A stretch of 64,000 bases of DNA from the NCBI GenBank assembly GCA_964019425.1, contig OZ025780.1, forward strand, positions 372,001-436,000. The letters are read 5' to 3'. Positions 32,179-44,707 of this stretch are shown here, piece after piece. The DNA is from Flectonema sp. DT1601 (lineage: Eukaryota). A program made the translations under genes and the position numbers. Under the pieces are notes generated by a model, which was not told the DNA's origin, made no database searches, and saw only the letters and a program-made list of their open reading frames with translations. Every line of letters starts with the position of its first letter. Within the stretch, counting starts at the first letter, position 1.

Positions 32179-33117
32179 TGTTATTATACAAAAAAAAAAA
32201 AAAAAGAAGTCCTGATTGAAAAATAACACGAGCTACAACTACCTATTTCGTTTCAGAGTTGATTGACGGTGATGCTTAACTTAGCCTTTTTGAAGTAAAC
32301 TATCAGGTTTTCGAGTGTAAATCCATACGAAACTATCTGAAGAGGGAAATATCATTAATTTAAATTAAACTCAAACACAGAAAGCAAGACACAGCATGCT
32401 TCTCCTTCATAAGTTCACAAGAGAGAATGCCCAAACAGAAAGCTTTTCCAATAGATTAAAAAAATAATAATTACAAAAGGTTAGGTTTTTTCCTTTTATC
32501 CATCTGTAGGTAGATCCTTTGCTGTTTTTTTCTTATAATTTAACCAAAGGCAGTCGAAAGAAAAGAAAATAAAAAAAAGAGGAAAAAAAAAGACCACAGT
32601 AGTTAAACTGAGTGATTTAATAAAATAAAATAAAAAAAATACAAGAAAAAGAAACATTATAGATCAGTAACTTGTTATAAATGGTGTATAAAGCACTGAA
32701 TTACCTTGTTACAGAAAGCAGTGCGAAATGACGTTTGCGCAAACTTCCAAAGACAGTACACATGAAAGCACCGTACAAAAGAAAGGAGCATCTTATTGAA
32801 AGGGAGAGCCTTCACTGAGTTGCTGTGTAGACTTTCGTCGCAATCGTGTTAACCAACACATAGACAGTACATGTTTTTTAGATAAAAAGAGAATAAAACA
32901 AGCACACTCAGATTAGTCACTGACCACACCAGAAAACAGAATTACTGTCTCATAGTTAACAACAGCTAGACTAGGGTGTCAAAGCACTAGTACAGTGACC
33001 ATCCTCGTCGACTGTTCCAGTGACAGCTCAATTTTCAAAAAAAGAAGAAGAAAAAGGAAGGAAAGGAAACGAAAGAATTACTGTATCGGTTTCGCAGTAG
33101 AATTTAATCGTTATTTT

Positions 33118-34920
33118 CTATCTGCTTTCTCTCTTTTCCCTAAGTCGCTTACTTGCGAGTAGTGATGCATCAACGTAGTTGTTAAGAAGCTGACGCCACT
33201 GTCTTTGAATAGTACCGTAGGCAACACCTGGAAGTACTTCTGATAAGGCTGAGTAAAGTAATGTTGGATCACACGAATAAAGCTTCGCAGCAAAGTGTGG
33301 AGCTGTCGGAGCAAGAGATATATCACCGAGAGCCGCAACCAATTGAGTGTGGAATATATTTTGAGGAGTAGGCTTAGACTGAGACACAATCATTCTAACA
33401 ACGTCCTTGGTGTGAGGGAGGATAAAAGCCTTCGGATCCGTTGGCCTCTTCCACTGCACATTACCAGAAGAGACATGCCAGTAATAAGGGTCTGAGTGTC
33501 CTTCAGTATAGACCTCAAAGAATATTAAAGATGCGTCCATTGGGATCATCACATCAGTTTTATTATCTTCTTTCCTTATATCCATTCCCATCAAATGGGC
33601 TCCACTTGGTGGTGACGGGGCTGTATTTGTGGCATTTCTCAACACATTTCTTGACCTTGGACTCAAGCATTCCAACGTGTGCTCAATTTCATTTAATTTG
33701 TGTGTCAAGTTCATGAGTTGAGATTCCCTTCCACAGTCGAGATTGTTAATTTTTATTTCTAAGTTTTTAATTTGATTCAACGCACCATGTCTCCACGTAT
33801 CAACAGGTGGCTGTGGAGACACATACAATGGAGGTCTATAACTCTGCTGTACAATATTTTGTGGAGTGTGATGTGCTGATACAGGTGCTTGCTGCATTGG
33901 AACAGGCGCTTGACGTTGGATAGATTGTTTACTTTCAGGAGTACCTGAAACAACAGATCTTTGCTCTGTTGGTGTACTCGGATGTGCACGCTGCTTGCTG
34001 GTTGACTTTCTTCTTATTCTCGGTGATGATCTTCTTCTTCTTGTAATCTTTTTTGCGGGCTTCTGTATTTCTTCAACAGGTGGTTCAGGATCTTGTTGTT
34101 TTGTTGGAAGAACAGTTATCTCAGGTGTCCTTGCTGCTGGGGGTTCCAGTATTGGTGATGCAGAAAGTTCTCTAGTGACACTAACAGCAGGTTGCTTTGA
34201 TGAACACACACTGGGAGTCGCAACCAATGGTGGAGTAGGTGGAATGGAACCTACTGAAGGTGGTACAGAAGGAACAGCAGAAGGTGTATTCGGAATAGAA
34301 GAAGAACTACTTGATGAAGAGCTACTTGAATGTTTTGATAATCCTGCCAATGATATGATTCCGTCATCAACGGCGATCACTTTTAAATGATCTGCTGGAT
34401 TTGGATGTTCACTTTTCAAGTCAGCTCTTCCTTCTAATGGTTCAGTTGGTTCCATTTCCTCAACTGGTATTGACGTTCCGTAAACTTGATTAGTAATTTG
34501 ATTCAAGACGTCGAATATTTCATTTACATTATCACCTGTATTCTTGCGATCTCTGATCATGTGAAATAATAAATCTTTTTGATCGTCTGGTGTCCTCAAC
34601 AGGAGTTGAACTCTTTTTTCTTTTCCTCTTAGTCCGAGTCTGACTTCACCCTCCATTCTCTCTATTTTTTTAATTTCATTAAGTCTAAGAAATCGTTCTA
34701 AGTGTCCTTCAAGATCGAATACGAACAAACAAGTCGGAGACAGAGCAACAATCTTCTTTCCTCTATTCCACGGTGTCAGTAGCACCTCAACTACTCTGCA
34801 ATATTTCGGAGCAAAATCTCCCACAGCAGCAAACAGCTCATCAGACAGCTCACAGATATCAATTTTACATTTCGCTGCTCGAGCTGTGTCTTCCCACTTC
34901 AATGCCTCCTCAGTAGTCAT
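33118..34920 (-). CDS. Hypothetical protein with an N-terminal PH-like domain, Pro/Ser-rich linker and WW domain
   Basis: 600-aa ORF. WW-like segment FFEVYTEGHSDPYYWHVSSGNVQWKRP. The beta-rich N-terminal domain assignment (KIVALSPTCLFVFD) is tentative. Confidence 0.65.
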   Translation of the reverse strand: MTTEEALKWEDTARAAKCKIDICELSDELFAAVGDFAPKYCRVVEVLLTPWNRGKKIVALSPTCLFVFDLEGHLERFLRLNEIKKIERMEGEVRLGLRGKEKRVQLLLRTPDDQKDLLFHMIRDRKNTGDNVNEIFDVLNQITNQVYGTSIPVEEMEPTEPLEGRADLKSEHPNPADHLKVIAVDDGIISLAGLSKHSSSSSSSSSSSIPNTPSAVPSVPPSVGSIPPTPPLVATPSVCSSKQPAVSVTRELSASPILEPPAARTPEITVLPTKQQDPEPPVEEIQKPAKKITRRRRSSPRIRRKSTSKQRAHPSTPTEQRSVVSGTPESKQSIQRQAPVPMQQAPVSAHHTPQNIVQQSYRPPLYVSPQPPVDTWRHGALNQIKNLEIKINNLDCGRESQLMNLTHKLNEIEHTLECLSPRSRNVLRNATNTAPSPPSGAHLMGMDIRKEDNKTDVMIPMDASLIFFEVYTEGHSDPYYWHVSSGNVQWKRPTDPKAFILPHTKDVVRMIVSQSKPTPQNIFHTQLVAALGDISLAPTAPHFAAKLYSCDPTLLYSALSEVLPGVAYGTIQRQWRQLLNNYVDASLLASKRLREKRESR

Positions 34921-35211
34921 TTTGACTCAGTCAGCGTGCTGTACTTGAATAATAAAAAACTAAAACAATTAAAAAAAACAACACACGTTTGACAATTACT
35001 ACTTAAGTCTGGCAGGGTAAATGCGGCTTAGTTAAAGTTTTAATGGGTGGGGAGGAGAGGGAAAAGGGGAAATAGTAAGCGTGTGCAAGAAAATTGCTTG
35101 CCAATAATGCTATAAGACGGCAACGGTGTTCTATTTCTCTTCACGAAAACGGTTTCTTTTGTGAAGTCTGCGTGTATTTGCGTTCGCAATACATCAGTGA
35201 GAGGTATAGCT

Positions 35212-37086
35212 CTATCGTTTACGACCCTTAGCATAGTTGAAAGTTCCACTCTGTGCCACAGTCTTCATCGGAATCCGTTTTTTACGAAAACGAACTGTTG
35301 GAGATGACGAATTACGAACAACACCGTCATTCTTGAAAATACCATCAGCGATGTCAATAATTTGATTCCATTCTTCAATAGGAGCTCGGAAAGTACTACG
35401 CATTCGACGAGCACCCTCTTCCTCTGTACGATTCAAAGCAAGAACGCTAAAATATTTATTCTCTGTGTAGCTATTTGTTCTTGGACCATACTCTACAGAT
35501 GAGTTCACTGGAGACCACCTAATGAGGTGAAGAGAAGAAGCATTCGCTTGATGTAAATACCACGCATCGACATACTTGAAGTGAATTGGTATAATCTCAA
35601 CAACTACAGAGTAGCGAGGCATGAATATCATTGGGGCTAATTCTGATCCGTGAAGGCCGACTAAAAGTGATGTTCTCTGAAACAACGGCAACAGGTCAAC
35701 CATTCTTTTATAAACAGATGAATTCCCTGGACTTAGAGGAACAGAGACATCCCAGCCTCTGGCGATAGCTGTTTCAGACATTTCTTGTGCATTTGCTATA
35801 CTTCGAGATGAATTCATATTGCGAACCATGAGCAGTAATAATCTCTTCTCATTAACAACATCTGGTATAGGTGAAAACGACATTCGGTATCGTTTTTCTA
35901 ACCATCTTTGAAGGTACTCCATCGGAACCATTGAATTAGACGTAGGACAGTCGAAAACAACTCTTTTAAAACACATTCCTCTTTCAAGAAGAGGTCTTCT
36001 TGGCATTAAAGCTTCCATAATGTATCCTAATGGACTAATTCCCCAGGTCTGCTCAAATCCCTGATGCCATCCTTGTTTCCCACCATCAGCTACAACAAGA
36101 TACTCATTCTTGTCTTTTGAATCATTAAGAAGATCAACATAGGTGTGGATTGTCGAGAATACTCTAAATAGATTATCGTGGATGACGTGACCAATATTGA
36201 CTCCAAGAAGCCAAGTCATCTGTCTGTGTCCAAAGAAGAATGTTAACTCTGATTTGATTATGGTACATTCAGCAGTTTCAAATTCACTTTCAGGTCTCCA
36301 CGTAGTACCAAAACCCATATATGATGCTGTTTTCATCATCCAACCCTGTTTTAGTGTTTGACCGAATAGCCTGAAGCTAGTTTGAGTTTTTACCGTCGTT
36401 GGTAGTTGAGACGTGACGTTGCTGCAGCCCATCGGCAGACCTTTCGTTCCGTTAAAATTCAATTGATAATTCAGATAACAATCATCGTATCTAATTTGTT
36501 TAGCATCAGCAATTAATGAAATAGTAGTCTTTATTGGATAACTTGTTTCGAGTACGTCAGGGTTTGATATGTCAAAACGTTTACGAAAACCAATAAAAGA
36601 GCGTCCACAGACCAGATGATTTATCCATTTTTTTCGATCTCCACACCAACTCACAGTGGCAATCATACCAGATTGGGTTTTGTTAAGGTAGTTATATTTA
36701 CCTTCAGGGCTTAGAAGGTCGACTTCTCCTCTTAGAGTTGTGTATAATCGTCTGACTGTGAATGGACAGACGATATCTGAAGAAGAGAGGTCTTCAGCGA
36801 CTAATTCATTGTAAAAGTTTATTGAATACCCAGTTACTCTGAGTAACTTCCAATTACAGTTTCCTAAATAATGATACGGCTGCCATACATCATTCGAAGC
36901 AGAGTGATTCATAACACTACAACAATTACCATTACTTATATTTGTATTATTTATAATTGGATTCACTGCTGTTGATACTAACATGTTGGGTTCAGTCTTC
37001 CAAAATATCCATCCTTGAAATATAAGAACAAATGCGATCAAAATTCGTATAATTTGATTTCGTTTTCGACATCTCCACAACATCAT
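35212..37086 (-). CDS. Type II membrane glycosyltransferase, GT61/DUF563 family
   Basis: N-terminal TM segment, NIGHVIHD, R-x-I-x-N, and LLVGLHGSELAPMIFMPRYSVVVEIIP. Confidence 0.8.
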   Translation of the reverse strand: MMLWRCRKRNQIIRILIAFVLIFQGWIFWKTEPNMLVSTAVNPIINNTNISNGNCCSVMNHSASNDVWQPYHYLGNCNWKLLRVTGYSINFYNELVAEDLSSSDIVCPFTVRRLYTTLRGEVDLLSPEGKYNYLNKTQSGMIATVSWCGDRKKWINHLVCGRSFIGFRKRFDISNPDVLETSYPIKTTISLIADAKQIRYDDCYLNYQLNFNGTKGLPMGCSNVTSQLPTTVKTQTSFRLFGQTLKQGWMMKTASYMGFGTTWRPESEFETAECTIIKSELTFFFGHRQMTWLLGVNIGHVIHDNLFRVFSTIHTYVDLLNDSKDKNEYLVVADGGKQGWHQGFEQTWGISPLGYIMEALMPRRPLLERGMCFKRVVFDCPTSNSMVPMEYLQRWLEKRYRMSFSPIPDVVNEKRLLLLMVRNMNSSRSIANAQEMSETAIARGWDVSVPLSPGNSSVYKRMVDLLPLFQRTSLLVGLHGSELAPMIFMPRYSVVVEIIPIHFKYVDAWYLHQANASSLHLIRWSPVNSSVEYGPRTNSYTENKYFSVLALNRTEEEGARRMRSTFRAPIEEWNQIIDIADGIFKNDGVVRNSSSPTVRFRKKRIPMKTVAQSGTFNYAKGRKR

Positions 37087-37780
37087 AAGATCTGTTTGTG
37101 TAGAACTGTTTTTTTTTGAATATAATTGTTACATGCGAATTGATTTCATCCTCTATTTCAATAGCCTGACCGTGTTGGGTATTGCCGACATGCCTAACTT
37201 GCAAAACAAATGAAAAAAAGAAATTTTTCAATATTTGCAAGTAGTCATTTTTAACAGCACAACGTTTCGAGGGGGGAATTTGTAGCATTCCATTTATGTT
37301 TTGTAAGTAAAGCAACGAATCTCTTTTTATCATTTCTATGAGAAGAGTATAACAAGACCGCGCTAATTGCTGTCTCCGTGGAGAGTGATCTCACACACAC
37401 GTGCACACAATAATAACAACCACAAGTGAAATAGCATAAGCATGAAGAACACGTCACAACCACTAAGTAAGTAAACTCAAGGTATGAAATACATCATTGA
37501 GTCAAACCAAAAAGAAGAGAGAGCAAAAGGAAGGAGGGAAAAATAACAAAATTCAAACCCAAAGTTTAAAGCGCTGGTTTCTATTCTTCTTTTGACTGAA
37601 AAAAAAGAAACCTAGAATTAAGTGTGCCGAAATATTCGGCAAACACTAACGGCTTTCCTGGTGAGTGTACGAATTTTTAATTGGCGAAGGAAATTTTTTC
37701 GTTCGACTGAAAACAAGAAAAAGAGAGAACTAATTATACAACAGACCTGGTTTAATATAAAGATCCACCAGATAAGACAA

Positions 37781-38848
37781 CTACTTTAGGGATACAACGT
37801 CGTTATCACTTTCCTTAAGAAAGTGATCTCTGCATGAAAATCCAATACCAGACTGACATACAGTTCCTTTTACTTTCTTTTGAACAATAGGATACATGTT
37901 ATGAGTCTTCCATGTTACTACTGCAGGTATCATTGTAGCTGTGAATTTTGAAGGGTAAGTTGTGGTCTCAGCAGCTGTAATTCCAAGCTCATAGTTTACT
38001 TTCATTGTCGTGGACGGCCATTCTCTTGTGAACGGACCAACATGGAATACAAACCTCTCAAGATACCTTCCTAAATCCTTTTGACCATTAGTCTCAAAGA
38101 GCTGATAACACACTTCTCTTAATCCAACTACAGCAGAACTATCAGACGGAACACTCACAGAAGTCGTCTCTTCATGAATTCTATTTGTTGTAGTCAAGGC
38201 AGACTTCACAAAAGGTTCTTCACTGTGAGTTGTGTGATTCAATCCAATTAAAGTCATTATAGGAATGTGTGCCTTGTAAGTCATAACTGAGTTAATAGGT
38301 TTCCCACCACCATGTGAAGGTGTCCATCCTCTGGTAATACTCACAATCACAGTGCATGATGTTGGAGTTTGACAACTTTCTGAAATATTGAAATATGATA
38401 ACCAATCACCTTCAGAGTTACAAGGACGATCAACTGGCTGCAGGTCAGGGTCGCAGTGCATATCCAATCGGATTCCCTTTAGGAGTGCGGTTGCTTCTTT
38501 TGGGATAGTAAACTGTTTAGTTTTAATAGACTGAGCAGAAGGATTAGTATTGTTATTAAGTTTATCTGTCCATTCTATTTCTACAACTTCTTCTCCGACA
38601 GTGAATCCGTTTGGCAGTTCCGTATAAAAGGTCTCTGGATGTGAGTAGTCACCAGTCACTCCAGGCGTTAAAGAGATATTGCTGTACCATCCGCTTTGGT
38701 TGTTAATTAAATAGTTTGCTATGCTTCCTAATCTGTGAGGGGTCTCAAATCCGACTTCCCTTCGTAACCACCTCGCGTCAAAACCCTGCCATAGATACTC
38801 AGAGCGGACATCCACAAGACACAGTAGTAAAGGTAAAAAATATTTCAT
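37781..38848 (-). CDS. Secreted hypothetical protein (355 aa)
   Basis: Signal peptide MKYFLPLLLCLVDVRS, several cysteines, long clean ORF. Confidence 0.75.
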   Translation of the reverse strand: MKYFLPLLLCLVDVRSEYLWQGFDARWLRREVGFETPHRLGSIANYLINNQSGWYSNISLTPGVTGDYSHPETFYTELPNGFTVGEEVVEIEWTDKLNNNTNPSAQSIKTKQFTIPKEATALLKGIRLDMHCDPDLQPVDRPCNSEGDWLSYFNISESCQTPTSCTVIVSITRGWTPSHGGGKPINSVMTYKAHIPIMTLIGLNHTTHSEEPFVKSALTTTNRIHEETTSVSVPSDSSAVVGLREVCYQLFETNGQKDLGRYLERFVFHVGPFTREWPSTTMKVNYELGITAAETTTYPSKFTATMIPAVVTWKTHNMYPIVQKKVKGTVCQSGIGFSCRDHFLKESDNDVVSLK

Positions 38849-41126
38849 CTTTTTTGAACTGAATAGAAAATAACATTATCAAAAATGGGGTAGTTTTTGT
38901 TGAGCAGAACGTAAAAATAAGATAACGGACAGATGCAAATAGCGAGCTGCCGAAATAATATTTATCTTCCAATCCCATTGAACGAATGACTCCACCACTC
39001 TAATCTATCAGATTGATGAGGACAAGAAATGAAGACATTCTTGCCGAATGCTTTCATAAAAGTTCGTCATAATCTCCGAGTAAGTGATAATATTTAGATT
39101 TTTTTAATACAACAAGATTCAACAATACCTCTTCATTGATGGTATGTCGGCTGTCAAATACAACAATAAGGTTATTTCCATGTAGCAACTCACACATAAA
39201 AATCAGGTTTAACACAAATGGGCTGGGGCAGGGGAGGGAGAGAAAACTGTGGTCGGTGTTGCCGGGCATTGTCTTTTTTTTTTTTTTCCCTTTCTCTTTC
39301 CTCTTCTTTTTTCTTTTCTCCCGCCATCCACATCTTGGAACAGGGCAAGATCACCAGAGAAAAAAAAGAAATAAAAAAGACAATAAAAAAAAATGGAAAA
39401 AAAAGAAAAAAAAAATCTCTAAGAAAGAAAAAGAACAATTAATACTTTGCGCACGCTGTGGCCAATTGTAAGGAAAGAAACAAAACCAGGAAACAGCCAT
39501 ATTCTGACCGTCTGGTGAAAAAATAACAACATGCTGGTTAGTTTGAGTTTTATCTGGTTTTGGATTTAGCTTTTCTTTCCCTTTTTTCAGTATATCACAT
39601 ACTGTGAGCATTGTTGCTCTTCGTCAACTCGCGCAGGGGAGGTTGTTAAAAAAAAACAAAACAAAAAAAGGAGGTGAATTACATAAACCAATTACTTTAA
39701 AGAAACCTCTACCTTCTCTGGCCTTCTCCCTTTCGCCTGTAAAACATGTTTCAAGATGGAAAAAAAAAAGGGGAGGGAGGGAAAGGGACTTCTAAGTCTA
39801 CGCAGGGTATCGAGAGGTATAACTTTTTCTTCATGAAAAACTCGGTTTTGTGTTTTTACCAAAAAGTCATTTCCTTTTGAGACCAAAGAAAAAAGAAGGG
39901 GGGAAGGGGGGGAAAAAAAAAAAAAAGGCGCAAAACATTACCACCACTGAGGACTAACCCTCCCTCACGACATGAAAAATTCGAATCCATAGGGAAATAG
40001 CAAAGCAAAAGGAGAGGGAACACGAACGCAGACTGGTGCATCACCAGCTGTGTACGGACCAGAAAGTAACCAATTGATCATCCAGGGAACTGATATGGGA
40101 TTGCGGGAGCACATCCCGTGGAGGCTTCCTTCAGTCATCAAGAAGGAAAGTAACAATTTTTGATGAGAGAGGGTAGTGATTGCTGTCGTTTTCAGAGTTA
40201 AGTCTAATCCAGACTTGAATGGGTCGAAAATCCATTCCTTTCTTTCGCTGCAGTGCTCAGGACATACAACGCAACCGGTTTGCTTCTTTTTTTCCATACA
40301 GGGTCCAACTTCTTCAGAGAAGGAAAAAAAAAATAAAATAAGAAGAGGGGGGAAAAAAAAAGGGAAAAGGGAACGAACAATAAGTAAATAATTTAGTGAA
40401 AATATTTTTTTAGGAAAAAAGAATAATTTGGGAAATGGGAGGGAAATCTTATGAATGGGGAAAAAATAAATTTACTCAGCTCGCTCATTAGATCCAAAGT
40501 ACAATCACATAGCTCTCTCTGCACTTTCACCTGCGCGTAACCGAATTAAAAATAAAATGGGGGGTCATCTAAGGGAGGGTGGAAAAAAGCAGAGGGAGGA
40601 GGGTGTTGTTTATTTTTATTTACTTATCTTTTTCTCGGACAACCCTTATTTTTTTTTTTTTTTTTTTTTTCCCCTTTTTTTCTGATCAAAAAAAGGAGGG
40701 GGAAGAAAAAAAAAGGAAAAACACATCATCTGTGTCACACGCTGCTCCAAGTATATAACAGGAACCCGATAAATTCTTTTTTTTTTTTTTTTTCCAGCAG
40801 AAGGTTTTTTTTTGCTCCACAGAAATCTAATTTTTGTGACGAAGCTTCAGCTTATTAGTCTCTACGATATTCCATTTTATTCTCCTTTTTTTTTTTTTCC
40901 CATCACAAACCCCTTTCTTACTATCTATGAGGTACAAACAAAGGCGTGTGGGTTGGGTGGAGAAAACTCTAAGTGTGGATAGTCGACATGCGTGAATAAC
41001 AAGATGCATCTGTTTTTTTTTTTTTTTTTTAAATTTAGCAAACCGACAGACTTAACAAAACCCAAGACACAAACCTAACATCTATTTGTAGTTCACTACA
41101 TAATCGTAAAGCTTGCCAGACTCTTC

Positions 41127-43207
41127 TCAGCTCTTAACAAAATGCTTGCTCAGAATCTCTTCTTCTTGCAAGTGAGACTTGAATCGCTGAAGGTGGCTGC
41201 GAAGCTCAGTAATCTTCTTTTGTTTGGTGCTTAGAAGGCTGTTTTTTGTTGAGTTTAAAACAAGTTACATTAAAGACAATGTAATATAGAAAAGGTAACA
41301 TACGTATCGAGGTTCCTGATATACTTATCAATGTTTGATCCAGGCTGGTCAACAGCGTCAAGCTCAGCCATCTCTTCTTTGATGACTTCCATTATTTCAT
41401 CGACGTGGGAGCGATGGGCGGCGATCATTTCTTCTTCTTCCTGAAGAATGACATCAATAAGAGATTCGTGGTGAAGTTCTAGTTCCTCGTCAGTCATCAG
41501 CTTTGGGTTTATCATACCCGGCTGAGGAACATCCTCTTCAACAACTTGCTGTACCTTTGGTCTTGGAGGAGTATTTGGTGGCGCAACTGCAGGTGTTGGC
41601 TCTGGCTCTGGTGCAGCAGCATGCCTTCCTCCAAAAGCAGCTGCTGTGTTGATCGGCTGTTCAGTTCTAGGTCCTCTACGACCACGGCTTCCAACCTTGC
41701 CAATCATCATTACTCTGTCAAAGTCATCTTGGGGTGCCTTTCCTCTCCCTTCTCTAGAGAGAGATTTTACTCTATCAGCGTAACGTAAAGTATTTAATGT
41801 GTGTTCACAACTAGTTGTTCCAGGAGCAACATTTGCAATCATTGCTGTTCTGCTGTTACCAGCGAATGAATCCCTCAGGACTTCAGTTAGTTTCGAACCT
41901 CTGAATGGAACGTAGCTCGCTGCTTGGTCGAGTGCTCGGATACATTCTTTGAGAGCGAGAAGCGATTTGTTGATTTCAGCACCTTCCATTCTTGTGATCT
42001 TATCGGTGTCCATTGTGTCAGCACCACGTTCTGATCCAGCGAGATCGATGAATGAGAATTTTCCGTACATCTGAGGTTGTCTTTTTCCATTTATAACCTT
42101 TACGTTGATCGATAGAACCGCATGCGATCTGCTACTGTCTGCATTAGCTCCCGTGGCACCCTGAGCACGAACAGCAGATCCTTCCTCAATGATCTGAACA
42201 ACAGCTGCAACATTGTCAACACGGTGCTCAGTCAGACCACAAATGTTAACCTGACCCTTTGAGTCCTCTCGGCAGGCTAACTTCTGCCTGTTCTGCAGAA
42301 GATCGAATAACTTTGATCCATAGATTTCATAGTAAGAACAGGTGGCAAACTGATTTGGTTCTAATCTGTTGAACAAATCTCTTGCCGCTAAGGCGTACAG
42401 ACCCATGCCTGAAGAACCCTTTCCAAGCATGGTGAATGTCTTTCCTGATCCAGTCTGTCCATATGCAAAGCATGTAGCGCGACCACCTTCGAAAACGGTG
42501 TCCATGAGAGGGAGTGCAGTACGAGTAAAGATGTCTTCATTGGTTGCGTCATCTTCGAAGACTTCATCAAATGTGAACGCGTGCTCTTCGGTGTACTGCG
42601 AGCAGTCAACACGCTGTTTAGGCTCCTGAACAAAAACAGTTTGAGATCTGACTCTAAGAACGTCACTGTCACCTTTTTCAACTTCATTTGGGTTCAATGG
42701 TCTCTTTCTAACACAAACAGAGATTCTATCACGGAGTGGAAGGTTTCGCTTGCCATTCTTCTTGGCCCCATTATTTGTTCCTGGTTGGGAACCAACACCT
42801 AAACTTTTTCTACGAGGAGGAACATTAGTGTGAACTGGTTGATGTACTTTACGAACACCATTTAAATCATCCATTCCAAATACACCTCCATCACTGTCAT
42901 CTTTATCAAGAGGTAGAACTTGACAAGATGCTAACAGAGACACGTCTTGATCTTGTTTCTGAGATTTTGGCATGGCTGCTGGAGGTGGGACGTTTTCTTT
43001 TTGGGTAATCGGATAATCTCTTTTGATTTGTTGGATAAGTTCAAATAATTTTCTTCTGTCTGCTAAATTTGTGACTCCAACAGAGTTGTAATTGTGCATA
43101 GTAAGCGAGGCGAGTGACTCCACTGTCATTCCAGCATTCTCAAACGCTGGATAATGATGCGAGAGACCTGCCTCGTTAAGCCATGACTGCAGGTTGGCAA
43201 CCTCCAT
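41127..43207 (-). CDS. Kinesin-13 (KIF24-like) with N-terminal SAM domain; exons 43207-41304 and 41238-41127
   Basis: SAM-like [20 protein letters not shown], then [23 protein letters not shown] and DLAGSER. The intron GTATGT..AAACAG (41303-41239) restores the conserved tail [13 protein letters not shown]. Confidence 0.95.
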
Positions 43208-43567
43208 AATTAGGTTGTTGTGGGGAGGGGTTGTCCGTCTGAGGAAAAAAGTAAAACAATAACTTCTCGTTACATAAAAAGGAAAAAGGGCAACACTCAA
43301 TTTTCAGCAGTCGAGTTGATTTCTATTCATCAGGTCTCTGTTTAAAGAAAAGGAAGTAACTTCAGCACATTTAAAAAACACTCAAATAAAACCCTGACGT
43401 GCTTTTTTCGTGTAAATAATTCACAGACAAGGATGTGGAGAAAATGTAACGTAACTTACGCTACCCGTTTCTGGGTAGAAAATAACTAAATTAATTAAAC
43501 AAGAATACAAGAATAGTTTGTATGAATTTTTTTTTTTCCCCCCGTCCATTTCCAACAAATAGAAACA

Positions 43568-44473
43568 TTATTCATAAATATCGGTACTTGGTGTAGCCAT
43601 CATAGTATGCTGAACTTCAAGATCCTCTTGTAGTGTATCTAGTTCAGTAATCATATTAGGAGGTTGTGGTGTGAGACATTGACGAGGCCTTGCCGCCACT
43701 ATCGGAGGGGTAAATCGTTCGTTATGAGAGTAGTAACGAGAGGGAGCCCTACCAGGTGTAGCAGCCCTGGGAGGATGTGGTACTCCAAAAGGAGCTTCAC
43801 AAGATGCTGTTCCTGTTCCTGGAGGGGCAGTATAAGGACGTGGTGGTAAGGGTGTAACACTGTCAAGTGTTACTGAAGCAGTCAACACTCTTACTGCTAG
43901 GCTACGTAAGTGCGGAGACATTCGAAATCGATTGTGTGCGGAGGCACCTGGATCAGATAAAGTACTACTTCCGCAATTACCGTTGCTGCTGTCTGTTATT
44001 GCAACTCCCATTGATTTCCTTACTGCTCTCCTTTTCGTTATTTCAAAGTAAGACCTCGCTAACTCTGTCATTCTAGACTTCAACATTGCCTGTGGTGACA
44101 GTCGACTACCAGGATTTGGTGGTCTTCTCTTGTGATTCTTTCTATATTCACATTCTCTTAGTGACTTGTTTATAGGAAGCCACCAAATCTTGGTAAATGT
44201 CTCTGGAGGTCGACAGTCTAGTCTTCCTCTCCGTTCGGTGTTTATTTTTTTAATCTTTATTTTATCGCAATAGGGAGTCCTCCTCAGCTGATCTCTCCGC
44301 TGCAAACCTTTTAAGAGCATAGTGTCTACGTACACCTCGTCACCAGTTTTGGTTGTTTCTAACCCGCCTCTGGCGTTGACTATTCGGCTTTTCATGTTAC
44401 GAAACTGCTGCTGAAGAAGCTGTCGTCCTCCAAGTCCTCTCTCATCAGCGAAAAACAGTTTCGGACCTGGCAT
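43568..44473 (-). CDS. Hypothetical basic protein (weak resemblance to CFAP97/Hemingway-type motifs)
   Basis: 301-aa ORF preceded by a pyrimidine-rich AG acceptor, with an RLDCRPP motif. The family assignment is weak. Confidence 0.55.
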   Translation of the reverse strand: MPGPKLFFADERGLGGRQLLQQQFRNMKSRIVNARGGLETTKTGDEVYVDTMLLKGLQRRDQLRRTPYCDKIKIKKINTERRGRLDCRPPETFTKIWWLPINKSLRECEYRKNHKRRPPNPGSRLSPQAMLKSRMTELARSYFEITKRRAVRKSMGVAITDSSNGNCGSSTLSDPGASAHNRFRMSPHLRSLAVRVLTASVTLDSVTPLPPRPYTAPPGTGTASCEAPFGVPHPPRAATPGRAPSRYYSHNERFTPPIVAARPRQCLTPQPPNMITELDTLQEDLEVQHTMMATPSTDIYE

Positions 44474-44670
44474 ATGTTCTCTGGGGGTACTGTAGCTGAA
44501 AAAAGATGGATTAAATAATAAAAACGCATCGCAACACTAATAAAACAAAACTCAATTCTTTAACGTTGCTGACAAACGGCTCTGTGCGCGCGGCGGGGGC
44601 AGGGTGAGAAGGATGTACAGCTCAGTGTGATCGTTTCCACCTTTTGCTGGAGGTCTTTTTTCTTTTCAGT

Positions 44671-44707
<37 letters not shown>

